DNA of 10,205 bases from a virus (taxonomy: Duplodnaviria > Heunggongvirae > Uroviricota > Caudoviricetes). The translations under genes were made by a program, and so were the position numbers. The stretch is from the IMG/VR virus record IMGVR_UViG_2917886563_000001. One strand, given 5' to 3'. The notes below the pieces were generated by a model. The model saw only the letters and a program-made list of their open reading frames with translations. It was not told the origin of the DNA and made no database searches. Position 1 is the stretch's first letter. Each line of letters starts with the position of its first letter. Below are positions 1 to 9,889 of this stretch, one piece after another.

Positions 1-126
<126 letters not shown>

Positions 127-149
<23 letters not shown>

Positions 150-627
150 TTTAGTCCTTGCGGCATTACGTAAGCTCGGTGTGGCATCAAATGCCACGTT
201 AACTGATGTCGAACCGCAGTCTATGGAAGACGGCGTCAACGACCTTGAAATGATGATGGCTGAATGGCTTGGCGGTGATGCGTCACCTGGGACCAACGTT
301 GGCTACATTTTTGCTGATGCAGATGTCGCTCCGGATCCGGGCGATGAGCACGGTTTATCAAATAACGCTATCAATGCCGTCATTTTCAACCTTGCCTGCC
401 GCATTGCTCCGGATTATGCGCTGGAAGCGTCAGCAAAACTTATAACCACTGCCAGATACGGGAAAGAGCGACTCGTCAAACTGTCTGCAATGGACAGAGC
501 AAAAGCCGCTAAATGTAAGTCAGGTTATCCAAACCGTATGCCTGTTGGCAGTGGTAACCAGTTAGCGACGTGGAACGGTTGGAATTACTTCCACCGGAAG
601 GAACCTTGCGATAACGGGAGCGAATAA
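127..627 (+). CDS. Tail accessory factor, P22 gp4-like (head completion / portal-proximal adaptor)
   Basis: The 166-aa ORF has the same length as P22 gp4. Its N-terminus [47 protein letters not shown] closely matches my recollection of P22 gp4. The position, immediately upstream of a gp10-sized ORF, fits. The ATG overlaps the end of the upstream frame-3 ORF, and the stop TAA abuts the next ATG. Confidence 0.85.
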
Positions 628-2046
628 ATGCCGATTCAGCAACTTCCGCTTATGAAAGGTGTCGGCAAAGACTTTCGAAACGCTGACTATATCGACTATT
701 TGCCAGTGAATATGCTGGCTACACCCAAAGAAATCCTCAACAGCAGCGGATATCTTCGCTCATTCCCTGGCATTGCCAAACGCTCTGATGTGAACGGTGT
801 ATCTCGCGGCGTCGAGTACAACATGGCGCAGAATGCTGTTTATCGCGTGTGTGGTGGCAAGTTGTATAAGGGCGAAAGTGAAGTCGGCGATGTTGTCGGA
901 AGTGGTCGTGTATCAATGGCGCATGGTCGAACATCTCAGGCTGTAGGCGTTAATGGTCAACTGGTCGAGTCTCGCTATGATGGCACGGTTAAAACCGTCT
1001 CAAACTGGCCTACAGACAGCGGATTCACGCAGTATGAGTTAGGCTCAGTCCGCGACATTACACGCTTACGTGGGCGTTATGCGTGGTCAAAAGACGGCAC
1101 TGATTCATGGTTTATCACTGACCTTGAAGACGAATCACATCCTGACCGATACAGCGCACAATATCGTGCCGAGTCGCAGCCTGACGGCATCATCGGCATC
1201 GGAACATGGCGAGACTTCATCGTCTGCTTTGGCTCATCGACGATTGAATATTTCTCCCTGACGGGCGCAACCACTGTTGGTGCCGCTTTGTATGTCGCCC
1301 AGCCATCGTTGATGGTGCAGAAAGGAATCGCCGGAACCTACTGCAAAACGCCGTTTGCTGATTCGTATGCGTTCATCAGCAATCCGGCAACAGGTGCGCC
1401 GTCTGTTTACATCATCGGATCCGGTCAGGTGTCACCAATCGCCAGCGCGAGCATTGAGAAAATCCTCCGCTCCTACACTGCTGATGAACTGGCTGATGGC
1501 GTGATGGAATCGTTGCGCTTTGATGCTCATGAGTTGCTGATTATCCACCTTCCGCGCCATGTTCTCGTGTACGACGCATCTTCAAGCGCCAATGGTCCGC
1601 AATGGTGTGTGTTGAAAACTGGCTTGTATGACGATGTGTACCGCGCTATCGACTTCATTTACGAAGGTAATCAGATAACGTGCGGCGATAAGCTGGAATC
1701 TGTTACCGGAAAATTGCAATTCGACATCAGCAGCCAGTATGGGCTTCAACAGGAACACCTGCTGTTTACTCCACTCTTCAAAGCGGATAACGCCAGAGTG
1801 TTCGACCTTGAGGTTGAATCGTCAACTGGCGTTGCGCAGTACGCTGACCGCCTGTTCCTCTCTGCTACAACTGACGGCATCAATTACGGGCGTGAGCAGA
1901 TGATTGAGCAGAATGAACCGTTCGTTTACGACAAACGCGTTTTGTGGAAACGAGTAGGGCGCGTCAGGAAAAATATTGGCTTCAAACTGCGAGTTATCAC
2001 TAAGTCACCTGTCACTTTGTCTGGTTGCCAGGTAAGGATTGAGTAA
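628..2046 (+). CDS. Tail hub protein, P22 gp10-like
   Basis: The 472-aa ORF has the length and position of P22 gp10, between the gp4-like and gp26-like genes. An SD-like GGGAG lies 7 nt upstream of the ATG, which directly follows the TAA of the preceding gene. The assignment rests on synteny and length, not sequence recall. Confidence 0.75.
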   Translation: MPIQQLPLMKGVGKDFRNADYIDYLPVNMLATPKEILNSSGYLRSFPGIAKRSDVNGVSRGVEYNMAQNAVYRVCGGKLYKGESEVGDVVGSGRVSMAHGRTSQAVGVNGQLVESRYDGTVKTVSNWPTDSGFTQYELGSVRDITRLRGRYAWSKDGTDSWFITDLEDESHPDRYSAQYRAESQPDGIIGIGTWRDFIVCFGSSTIEYFSLTGATTVGAALYVAQPSLMVQKGIAGTYCKTPFADSYAFISNPATGAPSVYIIGSGQVSPIASASIEKILRSYTADELADGVMESLRFDAHELLIIHLPRHVLVYDASSSANGPQWCVLKTGLYDDVYRAIDFIYEGNQITCGDKLESVTGKLQFDISSQYGLQQEHLLFTPLFKADNARVFDLEVESSTGVAQYADRLFLSATTDGINYGREQMIEQNEPFVYDKRVLWKRVGRVRKNIGFKLRVITKSPVTLSGCQVRIE

Positions 2047-2747
2047 TGGCTGATTCAAATCTCAACACCCCTGTTATTGTGCAGGCGACGCGGCTCGACA
2101 CGTCAATTCTTCCGCGCGACATCTTCTCTCAGTCATACCTGCTGTATGTTATCGCACAGGGTACAGACGTTGGTAACGTAGCAAACAAAGCTAACGAAGC
2201 AGGTCATGGAGCTTATGAAGCGCAGGTCAGGAATGAACAGCAGGACGATGAACTTGCAGACCATGAACTACGAATTAAACAACTGCGCATTGAAGTTGAT
2301 GGTCATGAAGTAAGAATTACCGGAAATACAGCGGCAATTGCTGATTTAGGAGTGAGAATAACCACAGTTGAAGGTGAAGTTCTCAACATTCAATCTGAAA
2401 TTTCATCTCTTGATGGAAGAGTGACATCTGTTGAAAACGATGTTGGTAATCTCAGTTTGGACTACGTTTCCAAGACTGAAGTAAGTCAACAATCACTATC
2501 ATCGCCTCTCAATGTGACAACATCATACTCAGTTGGAGGGGTAAAGGTGGTCGGTGCAAGGCAAAACGGTTGGACTGCCGGCACAGGAACCCCGCTAACA
2601 AGCGCGTTTACTGCAAATCAACCGTATCCTCTTTCAACAACCTACGTTCGGGCAGAAGTAGATGATATAGCCACTGGTTTGATTCAGGCTAGACAACGAA
2701 TACTTGCCCTTGAAAAAGCACTGCGAACACATGGTTTAATAAACTAA
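2046..2747 (+). CDS. Tail needle (cell-envelope-penetrating trimeric coiled-coil plug), P22 gp26-like
   Basis: The 233-aa ORF has the same length as P22 gp26. The N-terminus [43 protein letters not shown] and the C-terminus [13 protein letters not shown] closely match recalled P22 gp26 ([43 protein letters not shown] ... EDALRAHGLID). Heptad-like periodicity is visible in the central region. The start overlaps the upstream stop as TAATG, preceded by AAGGA. Confidence 0.9.
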   Translation: MADSNLNTPVIVQATRLDTSILPRDIFSQSYLLYVIAQGTDVGNVANKANEAGHGAYEAQVRNEQQDDELADHELRIKQLRIEVDGHEVRITGNTAAIADLGVRITTVEGEVLNIQSEISSLDGRVTSVENDVGNLSLDYVSKTEVSQQSLSSPLNVTTSYSVGGVKVVGARQNGWTAGTGTPLTSAFTANQPYPLSTTYVRAEVDDIATGLIQARQRILALEKALRTHGLIN

Positions 2748-3223
2748 TGGAAATAAAGCTCATCGATAATCCGGTGAAGCTTGCAGAATTCCTCAACAAT
2801 CCAGAAAACACGGGAAATATCGTAGACAGTGGAGATAAATACTACATCAAGCCTGATGCTGTATATCTCGGTATCTACGAAGGATTAGTGCTGGCTGGTG
2901 TTCATGAAGTGCGTAACTTCTGGCATAGCGTTGTGGAATGCCATGCGGTGTACGACCCCGGATTCCGTGGAGAATATGCACTACAAGGGCACCGATTATT
3001 CTGCAAATGGCTTCTCGAAAACTCACCATTCCTCAACAGCATCACCATGGTTCCTGATACCACAAAATACGGGCGGGCAATCATCCGTTTGCTCGGTGCT
3101 ACCCGTGTTGGTCACCTTGATGATGCATACACCAGTAATGGAAATCCTGTAGGCATCACGATTTATCAGTTACCGCGCTCAAAATATGAGGAACTAACGG
3201 ATGTTAATTTTTCAGATTGCTAA
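2747..3223 (+). CDS. P22 gp14-position protein (ejection-protein assembly / injection-associated); identity by synteny only
   Basis: The 158-aa ORF is translationally coupled to the needle gene through a TAATG overlap at 2745-2749. It occupies the slot of P22 gene 14, between gene 26 and gene 7. I do not recall the gp14 sequence well enough to confirm homology. Confidence 0.55.
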   Translation: MEIKLIDNPVKLAEFLNNPENTGNIVDSGDKYYIKPDAVYLGIYEGLVLAGVHEVRNFWHSVVECHAVYDPGFRGEYALQGHRLFCKWLLENSPFLNSITMVPDTTKYGRAIIRLLGATRVGHLDDAYTSNGNPVGITIYQLPRSKYEELTDVNFSDC

Positions 3224-3854
3224 TAAGTACCTCACCAAAGCTGTTTACTGCAAAGGTGGCAGTGATAGTGGAGCAAAAGCGAGTGCACGCGCAACGGAAA
3301 AAGGTATCGATCTACAGCGCGAAATGTGGCAAACGAACATGCAAAACCTTGCACCGTTCACGCCACTCGCTCAGCAGTATGTATCACAGTTGCAGAATCT
3401 TTCCTCACTTCAGGGGCAAGGGCAGGCACTTAACCAGTATTACAACTCCCAGCAGTACAAAGACCTGGCAGGTCAGGCGCGTTACCAGAGCCTGGCAGCA
3501 GCAGAGGCAACGGGTGGATTAGGCTCTACGGCAACCGGAAACCAGTTGGCAGCAATCGCACCTACACTCGGTCAAAACTGGCTGTCAGGTCAGATGAACA
3601 ACTACAACAATCTGGCAAACATTGGCCTTGGTGCTCTTACAGGTCAGGCAAACGCCGGACAGAACTATGCCAACAACGTCAGTCAATTGTATCAACAGCA
3701 GGCGGCAGCATCTGCGGCTAATGCAAATAAACCATCAGGATTTCAGAGCGCCCTTGGTGGAGCGGCGGCAGGTGCAGCTGCAGGTACTGCAATCATGCCT
3801 GGTTGGGGGACAGCAATTGGTGCTGGCGTAGGACTTCTTGGTTCACTGTTTTAA
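3201..3854 (+). CDS. Ejection (E) protein, P22 gp7-like
   Basis: The 217-aa ORF has an SD-like GAGGAA 7 nt upstream of ATG 3201 and overlaps the preceding gene by 23 nt. Its composition is Gln/Asn/Gly/Ala-rich low complexity with a C-terminal hydrophobic Gly/Ala-rich segment (GGAAAGAAAGTAIMPGWGTAIGAGVGLLGSLF). This, together with synteny, is typical of P22-family ejection protein gp7. Confidence 0.7.
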   Translation: MLIFQIANKYLTKAVYCKGGSDSGAKASARATEKGIDLQREMWQTNMQNLAPFTPLAQQYVSQLQNLSSLQGQGQALNQYYNSQQYKDLAGQARYQSLAAAEATGGLGSTATGNQLAAIAPTLGQNWLSGQMNNYNNLANIGLGALTGQANAGQNYANNVSQLYQQQAAASAANANKPSGFQSALGGAAAGAAAGTAIMPGWGTAIGAGVGLLGSLF

Positions 3855-3866
3855 TGGAGGTGTCTC

Positions 3867-5261
3867 TTGGCTACATGGCAACAGGTTGGTAATTCAGGCG
3901 CTCTTCTTGCCGGGTTGGGCGGCATGAACTCCAACGCTCCAGGAGCAAGTGATGCAGACGCCACGCTTGCATACATTCGACAGAATAACGAGATGGAGCG
4001 TTCAGGACGTAATAACGTTGGCTTGCGGGCTTTGCAGGGCATTTCATCTGTCATGGATATGTATAAGCAGATGGATCAGCAGAAGCGACAGCAAGAGTTT
4101 CAGCAGGCTTATGCTGATGCATATACATCTGGTGACCGCGATGCCATGCGAAAACTGGCATCACAGTATCCTGAGCAGTTCGACGTTGTAAGAAACGGCA
4201 TGAAATTTGTCGATGAAGACCAGCGTACTACTGTCGGTACACTGGCAGCAAGTGCCAGACTCGCAGGTTCATCTCCAGAAGCCATGATGTCATGGCTGCA
4301 GAACAACGCATCTGAGCTTTCTCGCGCCGGAGTAGACCCTCTGGATGTGGCGAAAATGTATCAGCAAAATCCACAAGGTTTCACAGAGTTTGTTGATCAC
4401 CTTGGAATGGCTGCACTTGGACCAGAACAATATTTTCAGGCACAAGACAGAATCGTTGGTCGTGAGATTGACCGTGGAAAACTTGCAGAGGCAATCCGCA
4501 GCAATCAGGCTGGCGAAGCACTAACTGCTCGTGGTCAGAACATCACTATGCGCGGTCAGGACTTATCTGCGTCTACTGCGCGACGCGGTCAGGATTTGGC
4601 AATGCAGCGAGCGTCAACAAGAGGAACCGCTGGGAATGATGAGCGTACAGTTCAGTTATCAGATGGCAGAACTGTAACGGTAGGCGGGAAGCTTCACGGC
4701 GCAGGGGCTAATGCGTTCTACGAAGGCATCGACAACGAGGGGAATATGGTTCGCGTTCCTGCCAGTTCAATCGCAGCGCCTGCAACATCGTCTGCATCAG
4801 CACAAAACTATGCCATGAAGAAGGATATCGACGCGATCGCAAATGCAGACGCTTCTGCTCTCGATTTTATGACAGGAATGACCGGCGGTGCAGGTAACCC
4901 GGCAATTGGTGCTGATGTTCGCAGCCGATTAACAGGAAAAGAGCAGCGTCAGTTATATAACTCAGCACAACGTATTCAGGGAAGAATGCAGAATCAGGGC
5001 GTGGCGGCAGCAAGGGACATGGGCGCCAGTGGTATTAACACCGTTGCAGAAGCGAAGATGTATTTTCAGGGGATGCCGCAGGTTGACTACTCAAGCCCGG
5101 AGGCTATGCAGCAGTCGATTCGTGAGATTCAGGAATACACCAACAATTACAACCAACAATATAACGTTAATGTTGGTAAATCTCAGCGGCAGCAATCTCA
5201 ACCTGCACAGGTATCACAGCCTGCAGCCAGCAGTAACTTTTCTTCACTATGGGGTGATTAA
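3867..5261 (+). CDS. Ejection (E) protein, P22 gp20-like; apparent TTG start
   Basis: The 464-aa ORF has no in-frame ATG near its 5' end. The first codon is TTG at 3867-3869, with GGAGG at 3856-3860 six nt upstream. Length and position match P22 gp20 (about 470 aa). Confidence 0.7.
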   Translation: MATWQQVGNSGALLAGLGGMNSNAPGASDADATLAYIRQNNEMERSGRNNVGLRALQGISSVMDMYKQMDQQKRQQEFQQAYADAYTSGDRDAMRKLASQYPEQFDVVRNGMKFVDEDQRTTVGTLAASARLAGSSPEAMMSWLQNNASELSRAGVDPLDVAKMYQQNPQGFTEFVDHLGMAALGPEQYFQAQDRIVGREIDRGKLAEAIRSNQAGEALTARGQNITMRGQDLSASTARRGQDLAMQRASTRGTAGNDERTVQLSDGRTVTVGGKLHGAGANAFYEGIDNEGNMVRVPASSIAAPATSSASAQNYAMKKDIDAIANADASALDFMTGMTGGAGNPAIGADVRSRLTGKEQRQLYNSAQRIQGRMQNQGVAAARDMGASGINTVAEAKMYFQGMPQVDYSSPEAMQQSIREIQEYTNNYNQQYNVNVGKSQRQQSQPAQVSQPAASSNFSSLWGD

Positions 5262-7564
5262 TGGCTAAAGCATGGAAAGATGTTATCGCCTCTCCACAGT
5301 ATCAGGCGTTAGCACCAGAACAAAAAGCGCAGGCTCAGGAGCAATACTTCAATGAAGTCGTGGCCCCGCAAGCCGGAGAAAATGCAGAGCAGGCTAAGCA
5401 AGCTTTCTATGCTGCCTATCCATTGCCATCTGTGCAGACAGAACAGCAGGAAGTAAGGCAATCTCCTGATGCCATTCAGCAAGACAAATCACTTATGCAG
5501 CGTGCAGGAGAATGGCTAACTGGTGGGCAAAGCGTAGGACAAATTGCCGAGCAGGCGGTAAGAGGATTTGTAAATATTCCTTTTGACGTTCTTCAGGGGG
5601 GGGCGAGTCTCATTAATGCTGCATCTCAGAGTTTTGATGGACCAAAGATTCTTGATGAAGTATATAGACCAGTTAACCGGCCAACGGATCCGTATGCGCA
5701 AGCTGGAGAGTCAATAGGCGGTTATCTTGTTCCTGGAGCAGGTGTAGCTGGAAACATGGTCATTGGTTCTCTCGCTGACGCGGCGAATCAACAGGGGGAT
5801 TTTGCCAAAAATACCGCTATTAATGCCGGACTTAACATTGCTACGCATGGCCTGATAAATGGCGTTACCCGTGGTGTTCGTGGCGCATCAAATATAATTA
5901 GTGGTAATAAAACATCTACACAGAGAGCGACCCCTGCGCCAACAGAAACATCACCATTCTCCGGTGATGCCACTGCAGCAACAAATCCTGCGGTTCATGC
6001 CGCAGAGGCAAGAGTAGCACAAGGTGTACCAATGACGCCTGCGACGAGCAACCCAGAGGAAGTCGTTCGCACAGTTGCTGCACAAAAAAGGCCAAATCTC
6101 GCTTCATCGCTTGATGAATTAGATATCAATCCTCAGGCTGAAGTTCTGGAGTCTGCTGAAAAGCTTAATGTTGATTCATTACTCCCTTCACACTTTTCCG
6201 GGAACGAGCAATACAAGGCTGTTGAGCAAGCAATCAAGTCCCGTGCGGGTTCTGCTCTACAGGTGCAGGAAAATGAAGCAATCAGGCAGCTAGCACAGAG
6301 CGCGGGGAAGATAATTGATCGCGCTTCCGGTGCAAAAGATGCTCTTGGTATGAGCGACAAGTTTATTGATACGGTCAATGGAAGAATGTCTGCCCTGATG
6401 AAACGAAGCGACCAGCTTTATCGCAATGTTGAAAAGGCGATGCCTGCAGGTGCAAAAATTGATGCGCCATCAACAAGGTCAATGCTCAAACAGGTGGCAG
6501 AAGATCTTGGCGGGATGAAAAACCTTGACCCTATTGAAAAGAGAGTCTTTCAGGCAGTTAATCCAGGCAAGAACGGCGCATTAACTTATGCAAATCTCAA
6601 TAAGCAACGACGACTTGTTGGTGATGCACTTCATAAGAATTCTGGACCATATAAAGATGCTGATCGCGCTGCCTTATCGAGGCTTTACGGTTCGCTCGCC
6701 GATGATCAAAAGACGGCGCTGTCAGGGACAATTGCATTACGTGATTTTGAAGTTGCTCAGAGGCTTGTTCAGATGCGAAAAAGTATGGAAGAGCAAATGA
6801 TTAATCTTACTGGCAGAACGCTGAACGGTGATGTTTCTCGCAAAGCAACGACAGCACTACAGGCAATGTCGAAAGGCGATGCCAAAGGATTCCGTGAATT
6901 GATGCAAAACACGCCGTCCAGGAAGCTAAGAACCGAGCTACTGGGAACAGGTCTTCGGGATATGCTTTCGAACGGAAAACGTGGTGCTGATTTTAATCCT
7001 GCAGGGTTTGCTGACTGGTATCAAAACATGTTAGCAAACGGACAAATGCGAAATCTTGCCCGACATTTACCAAAAGAGACTATGTCAGGTCTGAACGATG
7101 TATATAAGGTCGCAAAGGCTATCAAAGACGCAAAATCTTACGAGATAACCACAGGAAGACTAAACGAGTTCGTCAAACGGTTTAATCGTGTCACTGTGGC
7201 AAATGAATTTGTTGCTAACCATGCCCAACGCATTGGCACTGCGGTTGGTTCAACGGTGTCAGGACCGTTCAGTGCAGTAGGTGCTGTTGCTGGGTCAGAA
7301 ATTGGGGCAAAAGTCGCCAGCAAAATCAGGGCGATGGGCGGCGCTGCATCAATGGAATCTGCAGAAAAGCTAATTAGCTCACCAGAATTCCAGAAAGCAG
7401 CAAGGCTGGCAGTAAAACAAGCACCAGAAAGCATCGTTGATACAACTGTAAGACGCTCTTCTGCTTGGCGCTCGTTTTACAACTCACTTCCAGAATCAGA
7501 TAAGAAAACCATATCAAGGCTAGGCATCATGTACTGGATGAACAGTGATGACAACCAGAAGTAA
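5261..7564 (+). CDS. Ejection (E) protein, P22 gp16-like (larger than the P22 prototype)
   Basis: The 767-aa ORF is coupled to the preceding gene by a TAATG overlap at 5259-5263. It is largely Ala/Gln/Lys-rich and apparently helical, and it is the last gene of the ejection-protein block before the mnt/tailspike region, as in P22. Confidence 0.7.
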   Translation: MAKAWKDVIASPQYQALAPEQKAQAQEQYFNEVVAPQAGENAEQAKQAFYAAYPLPSVQTEQQEVRQSPDAIQQDKSLMQRAGEWLTGGQSVGQIAEQAVRGFVNIPFDVLQGGASLINAASQSFDGPKILDEVYRPVNRPTDPYAQAGESIGGYLVPGAGVAGNMVIGSLADAANQQGDFAKNTAINAGLNIATHGLINGVTRGVRGASNIISGNKTSTQRATPAPTETSPFSGDATAATNPAVHAAEARVAQGVPMTPATSNPEEVVRTVAAQKRPNLASSLDELDINPQAEVLESAEKLNVDSLLPSHFSGNEQYKAVEQAIKSRAGSALQVQENEAIRQLAQSAGKIIDRASGAKDALGMSDKFIDTVNGRMSALMKRSDQLYRNVEKAMPAGAKIDAPSTRSMLKQVAEDLGGMKNLDPIEKRVFQAVNPGKNGALTYANLNKQRRLVGDALHKNSGPYKDADRAALSRLYGSLADDQKTALSGTIALRDFEVAQRLVQMRKSMEEQMINLTGRTLNGDVSRKATTALQAMSKGDAKGFRELMQNTPSRKLRTELLGTGLRDMLSNGKRGADFNPAGFADWYQNMLANGQMRNLARHLPKETMSGLNDVYKVAKAIKDAKSYEITTGRLNEFVKRFNRVTVANEFVANHAQRIGTAVGSTVSGPFSAVGAVAGSEIGAKVASKIRAMGGAASMESAEKLISSPEFQKAARLAVKQAPESIVDTTVRRSSAWRSFYNSLPESDKKTISRLGIMYWMNSDDNQK

Positions 7565-7581
7565 CGGAAAGCCACGGATGG

Positions 7582-7845
7582 TTAGTTGCAGTCTTTTTTA
7601 TATAAATCTCTGAGCGTATCAAAGACAATTTTCTTTACCATATCGGATTGTTGGTCTGCAATACGCTCAGCATCGTCATTGTAAAAAGATGCAGTGCTTT
7701 GTTTAGCCAGTGATTCTTCAATCGCTGCAATTATCTCTGAGTTCAGTGACCTGTTATTCATCTTCGCACGCTGCTTAATTTTGGTGTGGAGTTCATGCGC
7801 AAGTCTCAAATGAAACTGCGCTTCGTCGTATTTGCTGTACATCAT
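7582..7845 (-). CDS. mnt: Mnt-like ribbon-helix-helix (Arc/MetJ family) repressor
   Basis: The translation MMYSKYDEAQFHLRLAHELHTKIKQRAKMNNRSLNSEIIAAIEESLAKQSTASFYNDDAERIADQQSDMVKKIVFDTLRDLYKK aligns along its full length with recalled P22 Mnt (FNFRMPMEVREKLKFRAEANGRSMNSELLQIVQDALSK...NDAERLADEQSELVKKMVFDTLKDLYKK). I favour the start at the Met pair at 7845/7842 because GGTGAGG lies 5 nt upstream on the minus strand. The ORF track's longer form, starting at 7875, has no SD and adds 10 residues absent from P22 Mnt. Confidence 0.85.
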   Translation of the reverse strand: MMYSKYDEAQFHLRLAHELHTKIKQRAKMNNRSLNSEIIAAIEESLAKQSTASFYNDDAERIADQQSDMVKKIVFDTLRDLYKKDCN

Positions 7846-7963
7846 TGATGCCTCACCAGTTGGGTGGAACGGCATCGTAACCTACTGGATAAATACTCAA
7901 TAGTACCATTTAGGTATTCAATAATATCAAAATTGAATCATATCCTTCCTCTGGAGTTACAAA
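7846..7963. promoter_or_regulatory. Divergent intergenic control region between mnt (-) and tailspike (+); candidate Pmnt and operator
   Basis: This 118-bp AT-rich spacer separates divergent start codons. It contains short dyads: AATAC...GTATT (7892-7918) and TTCAAT-9nt-ATTGAA (7917-7937). The tailspike SD, GGAG, is at 7953-7956. No strong sigma70 consensus could be pinned down by eye. In P22 the Mnt operator overlaps Pant, but the operator sequence here is not the P22 one. Confidence 0.35.
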
Positions 7964-9889
7964 ATGTCAGATATCGCCGCAAATGTTGTGGTAAGCATGC
8001 CTAGCCAATTGTTCACTATGGCTCGTTCTTTTAAAACTGTATCAAATGGCAAAATCTTTATTGGTAAAATAGATGAAGACCCAGTAAATCCTGAAAACCA
8101 GATTCAGGTTTATATTGAGAATGAAGACGGATCTTACGTTCCTGTTGCGCAGCCTATCGTGATAAATACCGCTGGATATCCGGTATACAACGGACAAATT
8201 GCGAAGTTCGTAACTGTGCAAGGCCATTCTATGGCTGTGTACGATGCGTATGGGGTACAACAGTTTTATTTTCCGAATGTGCTTAAATACGACCCGGACC
8301 AATTTAAAGGTCAATTGCTAAGCGATAATCACTCTCTTGGTGATTCATTAGTTATGCACAATCCACAATTCACCGGGTCAACATCACTCCCTTTAGCCAA
8401 TAAATTGACTGTTGATGTGCGAACATTATCAGATTATGGATTTAAGGCTGATAACAGCGGAGCACAAAACAAGGCTGCATTCCAGAAAGCCATTGATGAT
8501 GCTACGTTGCCAACGGAGATTGTTATCCCTGAAGGGACGTTCATTATTGACCCTGGTATAACGATTAAAAATATTGTCACCATGATACGAGGTGCTGGCG
8601 CATATCAGTCCAGAATCTTCTCTACTGGAACAAACGAACCAATCATAACCCAGCAAAGCGACCCAATTACTTTCTGTGAGCTTAGAGACTTTGGCTTAGA
8701 TGGTAATAATTACTCAGCTAATGGGATAAATTTTCCTAACGCCAACCATATCAAAATTGAAAATGTAGATGTAACCGGCACTACAAGTAACGCTATCTTA
8801 ATTAATGGTTACTCAATAGATATAATTGGCTGCCGTTTGCTAACAAACACAGGAAATGCGCTTAACATTGGTGGGGTATGTAATAATCTTAACATCATCA
8901 ATAACCGTATTTATGGTAATGGTGCTGGAGGCATCTTGCTTACTCCGGCGTATGCCGAGGGCGGTATGAGCGTCCGTGTAAACGGAAATGATATTGAGCA
9001 AAATAAGTTATACGGGTTTATGTCATTCGGGGTTAAGGGACTTAATTTGGATGATAACTATTGGGAGCGTAACGGCGAAAGTGGATATCCATATGGTACT
9101 CCGGAATTTATAAACATTAAAGCCGATATTCATCTCATTGCTAATGAGTTTACATTAATACCTGACGTAACAAAGATTAATGATACAGTTTCGATTCGAG
9201 GAAACCAGCAAACTGCAATCGGTTACGCCAGTTCCCTCCCTAATCAGGATGGTTTTATATTCACAAACTATGCTAAAAACCTGACAATCGAAAATAATCA
9301 ATTATTGGATGCATCTAAAGTAAACAATTTATTGGTAATGTACCGTAATAATCTTTCGTCTAAAGTTACAGATAGATTGTATCTGGCTAACAATACGGTC
9401 AATTCGATAGGGTATGTTGGAAGTTATGATCCAGCGACACAAAACCCTGATACTGCTCATTTAATAGATATTGCGAACAGAGAGTTAACTGCTAACTATC
9501 TTGATCGAAATATGTTGCTTTGGAACGCGGCATCTGGAACGACAGGAGCATTGATAAAAACTCAAAACATTTATGCTGGTAATTATTCATTCTTAGTTAC
9601 GGCAGGAGATAGAGTTTGGGGACGAACGATAGACCTCAACAAATCACCAGAACTAAAAGGGAAATTTGTATGGTTTGGTGCGTGGGTAAATGACCAGGGA
9701 GCAGCGTCAAAACTTATGTTTATAGTTAATGGTGCAGGACAAACAGACTCTACAGCACCTTTAGCTGGGAATGGGAAATGGCGCTATGTTAGTTGTGGTG
9801 TGTATATAGACGCAACGGCTACAGCTATAAATGTTGGCATAAGAAATTATGGTTCAGGAAATGTACTCATAAACTCACCGTTGATGTAG
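7964..9889 (+). CDS. Tailspike protein: P22-family head-binding N-terminal domain plus divergent right-handed beta-helix receptor-binding domain (probable O-antigen or capsule depolymerase)
   Basis: Residues 1-114 ([57 protein letters not shown]...[15 protein letters not shown]...[10 protein letters not shown]) match the recalled P22 gp9 N-terminus and resemble Sf6/HK620-type N-termini. The rest is rich in Asn/Gly/Ile beta-helix rungs (e.g. [29 protein letters not shown]) and does not resemble the P22 endorhamnosidase body. Confidence 0.9.
   Translation: MSDIAANVVVSMPSQLFTMARSFKTVSNGKIFIGKIDEDPVNPENQIQVYIENEDGSYVPVAQPIVINTAGYPVYNGQIAKFVTVQGHSMAVYDAYGVQQFYFPNVLKYDPDQFKGQLLSDNHSLGDSLVMHNPQFTGSTSLPLANKLTVDVRTLSDYGFKADNSGAQNKAAFQKAIDDATLPTEIVIPEGTFIIDPGITIKNIVTMIRGAGAYQSRIFSTGTNEPIITQQSDPITFCELRDFGLDGNNYSANGINFPNANHIKIENVDVTGTTSNAILINGYSIDIIGCRLLTNTGNALNIGGVCNNLNIINNRIYGNGAGGILLTPAYAEGGMSVRVNGNDIEQNKLYGFMSFGVKGLNLDDNYWERNGESGYPYGTPEFINIKADIHLIANEFTLIPDVTKINDTVSIRGNQQTAIGYASSLPNQDGFIFTNYAKNLTIENNQLLDASKVNNLLVMYRNNLSSKVTDRLYLANNTVNSIGYVGSYDPATQNPDTAHLIDIANRELTANYLDRNMLLWNAASGTTGALIKTQNIYAGNYSFLVTAGDRVWGRTIDLNKSPELKGKFVWFGAWVNDQGAASKLMFIVNGAGQTDSTAPLAGNGKWRYVSCGVYIDATATAINVGIRNYGSGNVLINSPLM

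Noticed and set aside
737-1274. Small antisense or alternative-frame ORFs inside the gp10-like gene (737-934 -, 1070-1261 +, 1077-1274 -)
   Set aside because: They are short, lack an SD, have Arg/Cys/His-rich composition typical of out-of-frame translation, and lie wholly within a well-supported gene.
2847-3152. ORFs 2847-3029 (-), 2898-3152 (+) and 2902-3084 (-) inside the gp14-position gene
   Set aside because: They overlap a gene that is translationally coupled to its neighbours and have no start signals, so they are most likely spurious.
3217-3522. 101-aa basic ORF in an alternative frame at the start of the gp7-like gene
   Set aside because: It lies entirely inside the gp7-like frame, which has the better SD and synteny support. 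Its Arg/Lys/Ser-rich composition is typical of a frame-shifted reading of Gln/Ala-rich coding DNA.
3622-4306. ORFs 3622-3831 (+), 3851-4054 (-), 3949-4191 (+) and 4109-4306 (-) overlapping the gp7-like and gp20-like genes
   Set aside because: They are short with no ribosome-binding sites and are embedded in longer, syntenic genes.
5029-6800. ORFs 5029-5268 (+), 5516-5701 (-), 5788-5973 (-), 5916-6107 (-), 6133-6378 (-) and 6588-6800 (+) within the gp20-like and gp16-like genes
   Set aside because: They are embedded in long, well-supported ORFs and none has an independent start signal or recognisable fold-like sequence.
7138-7434. 98-aa antisense ORF inside the gp16-like gene
   Set aside because: Its hydrophobic Ala/Ser/Pro-rich composition is the typical mirror image of an Ala/Gly-rich coding strand, and it has no SD.
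7565-7581. Bidirectional rho-independent terminator between the convergent gene 16 and mnt
   Set aside because: Only 17 nt separate the two stop codons and I could not find a GC-rich hairpin followed by a T-run there. Termination signals, if any, must lie inside the coding sequences.
7846-7875. Longer Mnt form starting at the ATG at 7875 (MPFHPTGEAS extension)
   Set aside because: There is no SD upstream of that ATG on the minus strand, the extra 10 residues are absent from P22 Mnt, and the downstream Met pair has a good GGTGAGG SD. The longer form cannot be fully excluded.
8042-8656. Antisense ORFs 8042-8314 and 8429-8656 inside the tailspike gene
   Set aside because: They are AT-rich antisense readings of a well-supported gene, with no start signals.
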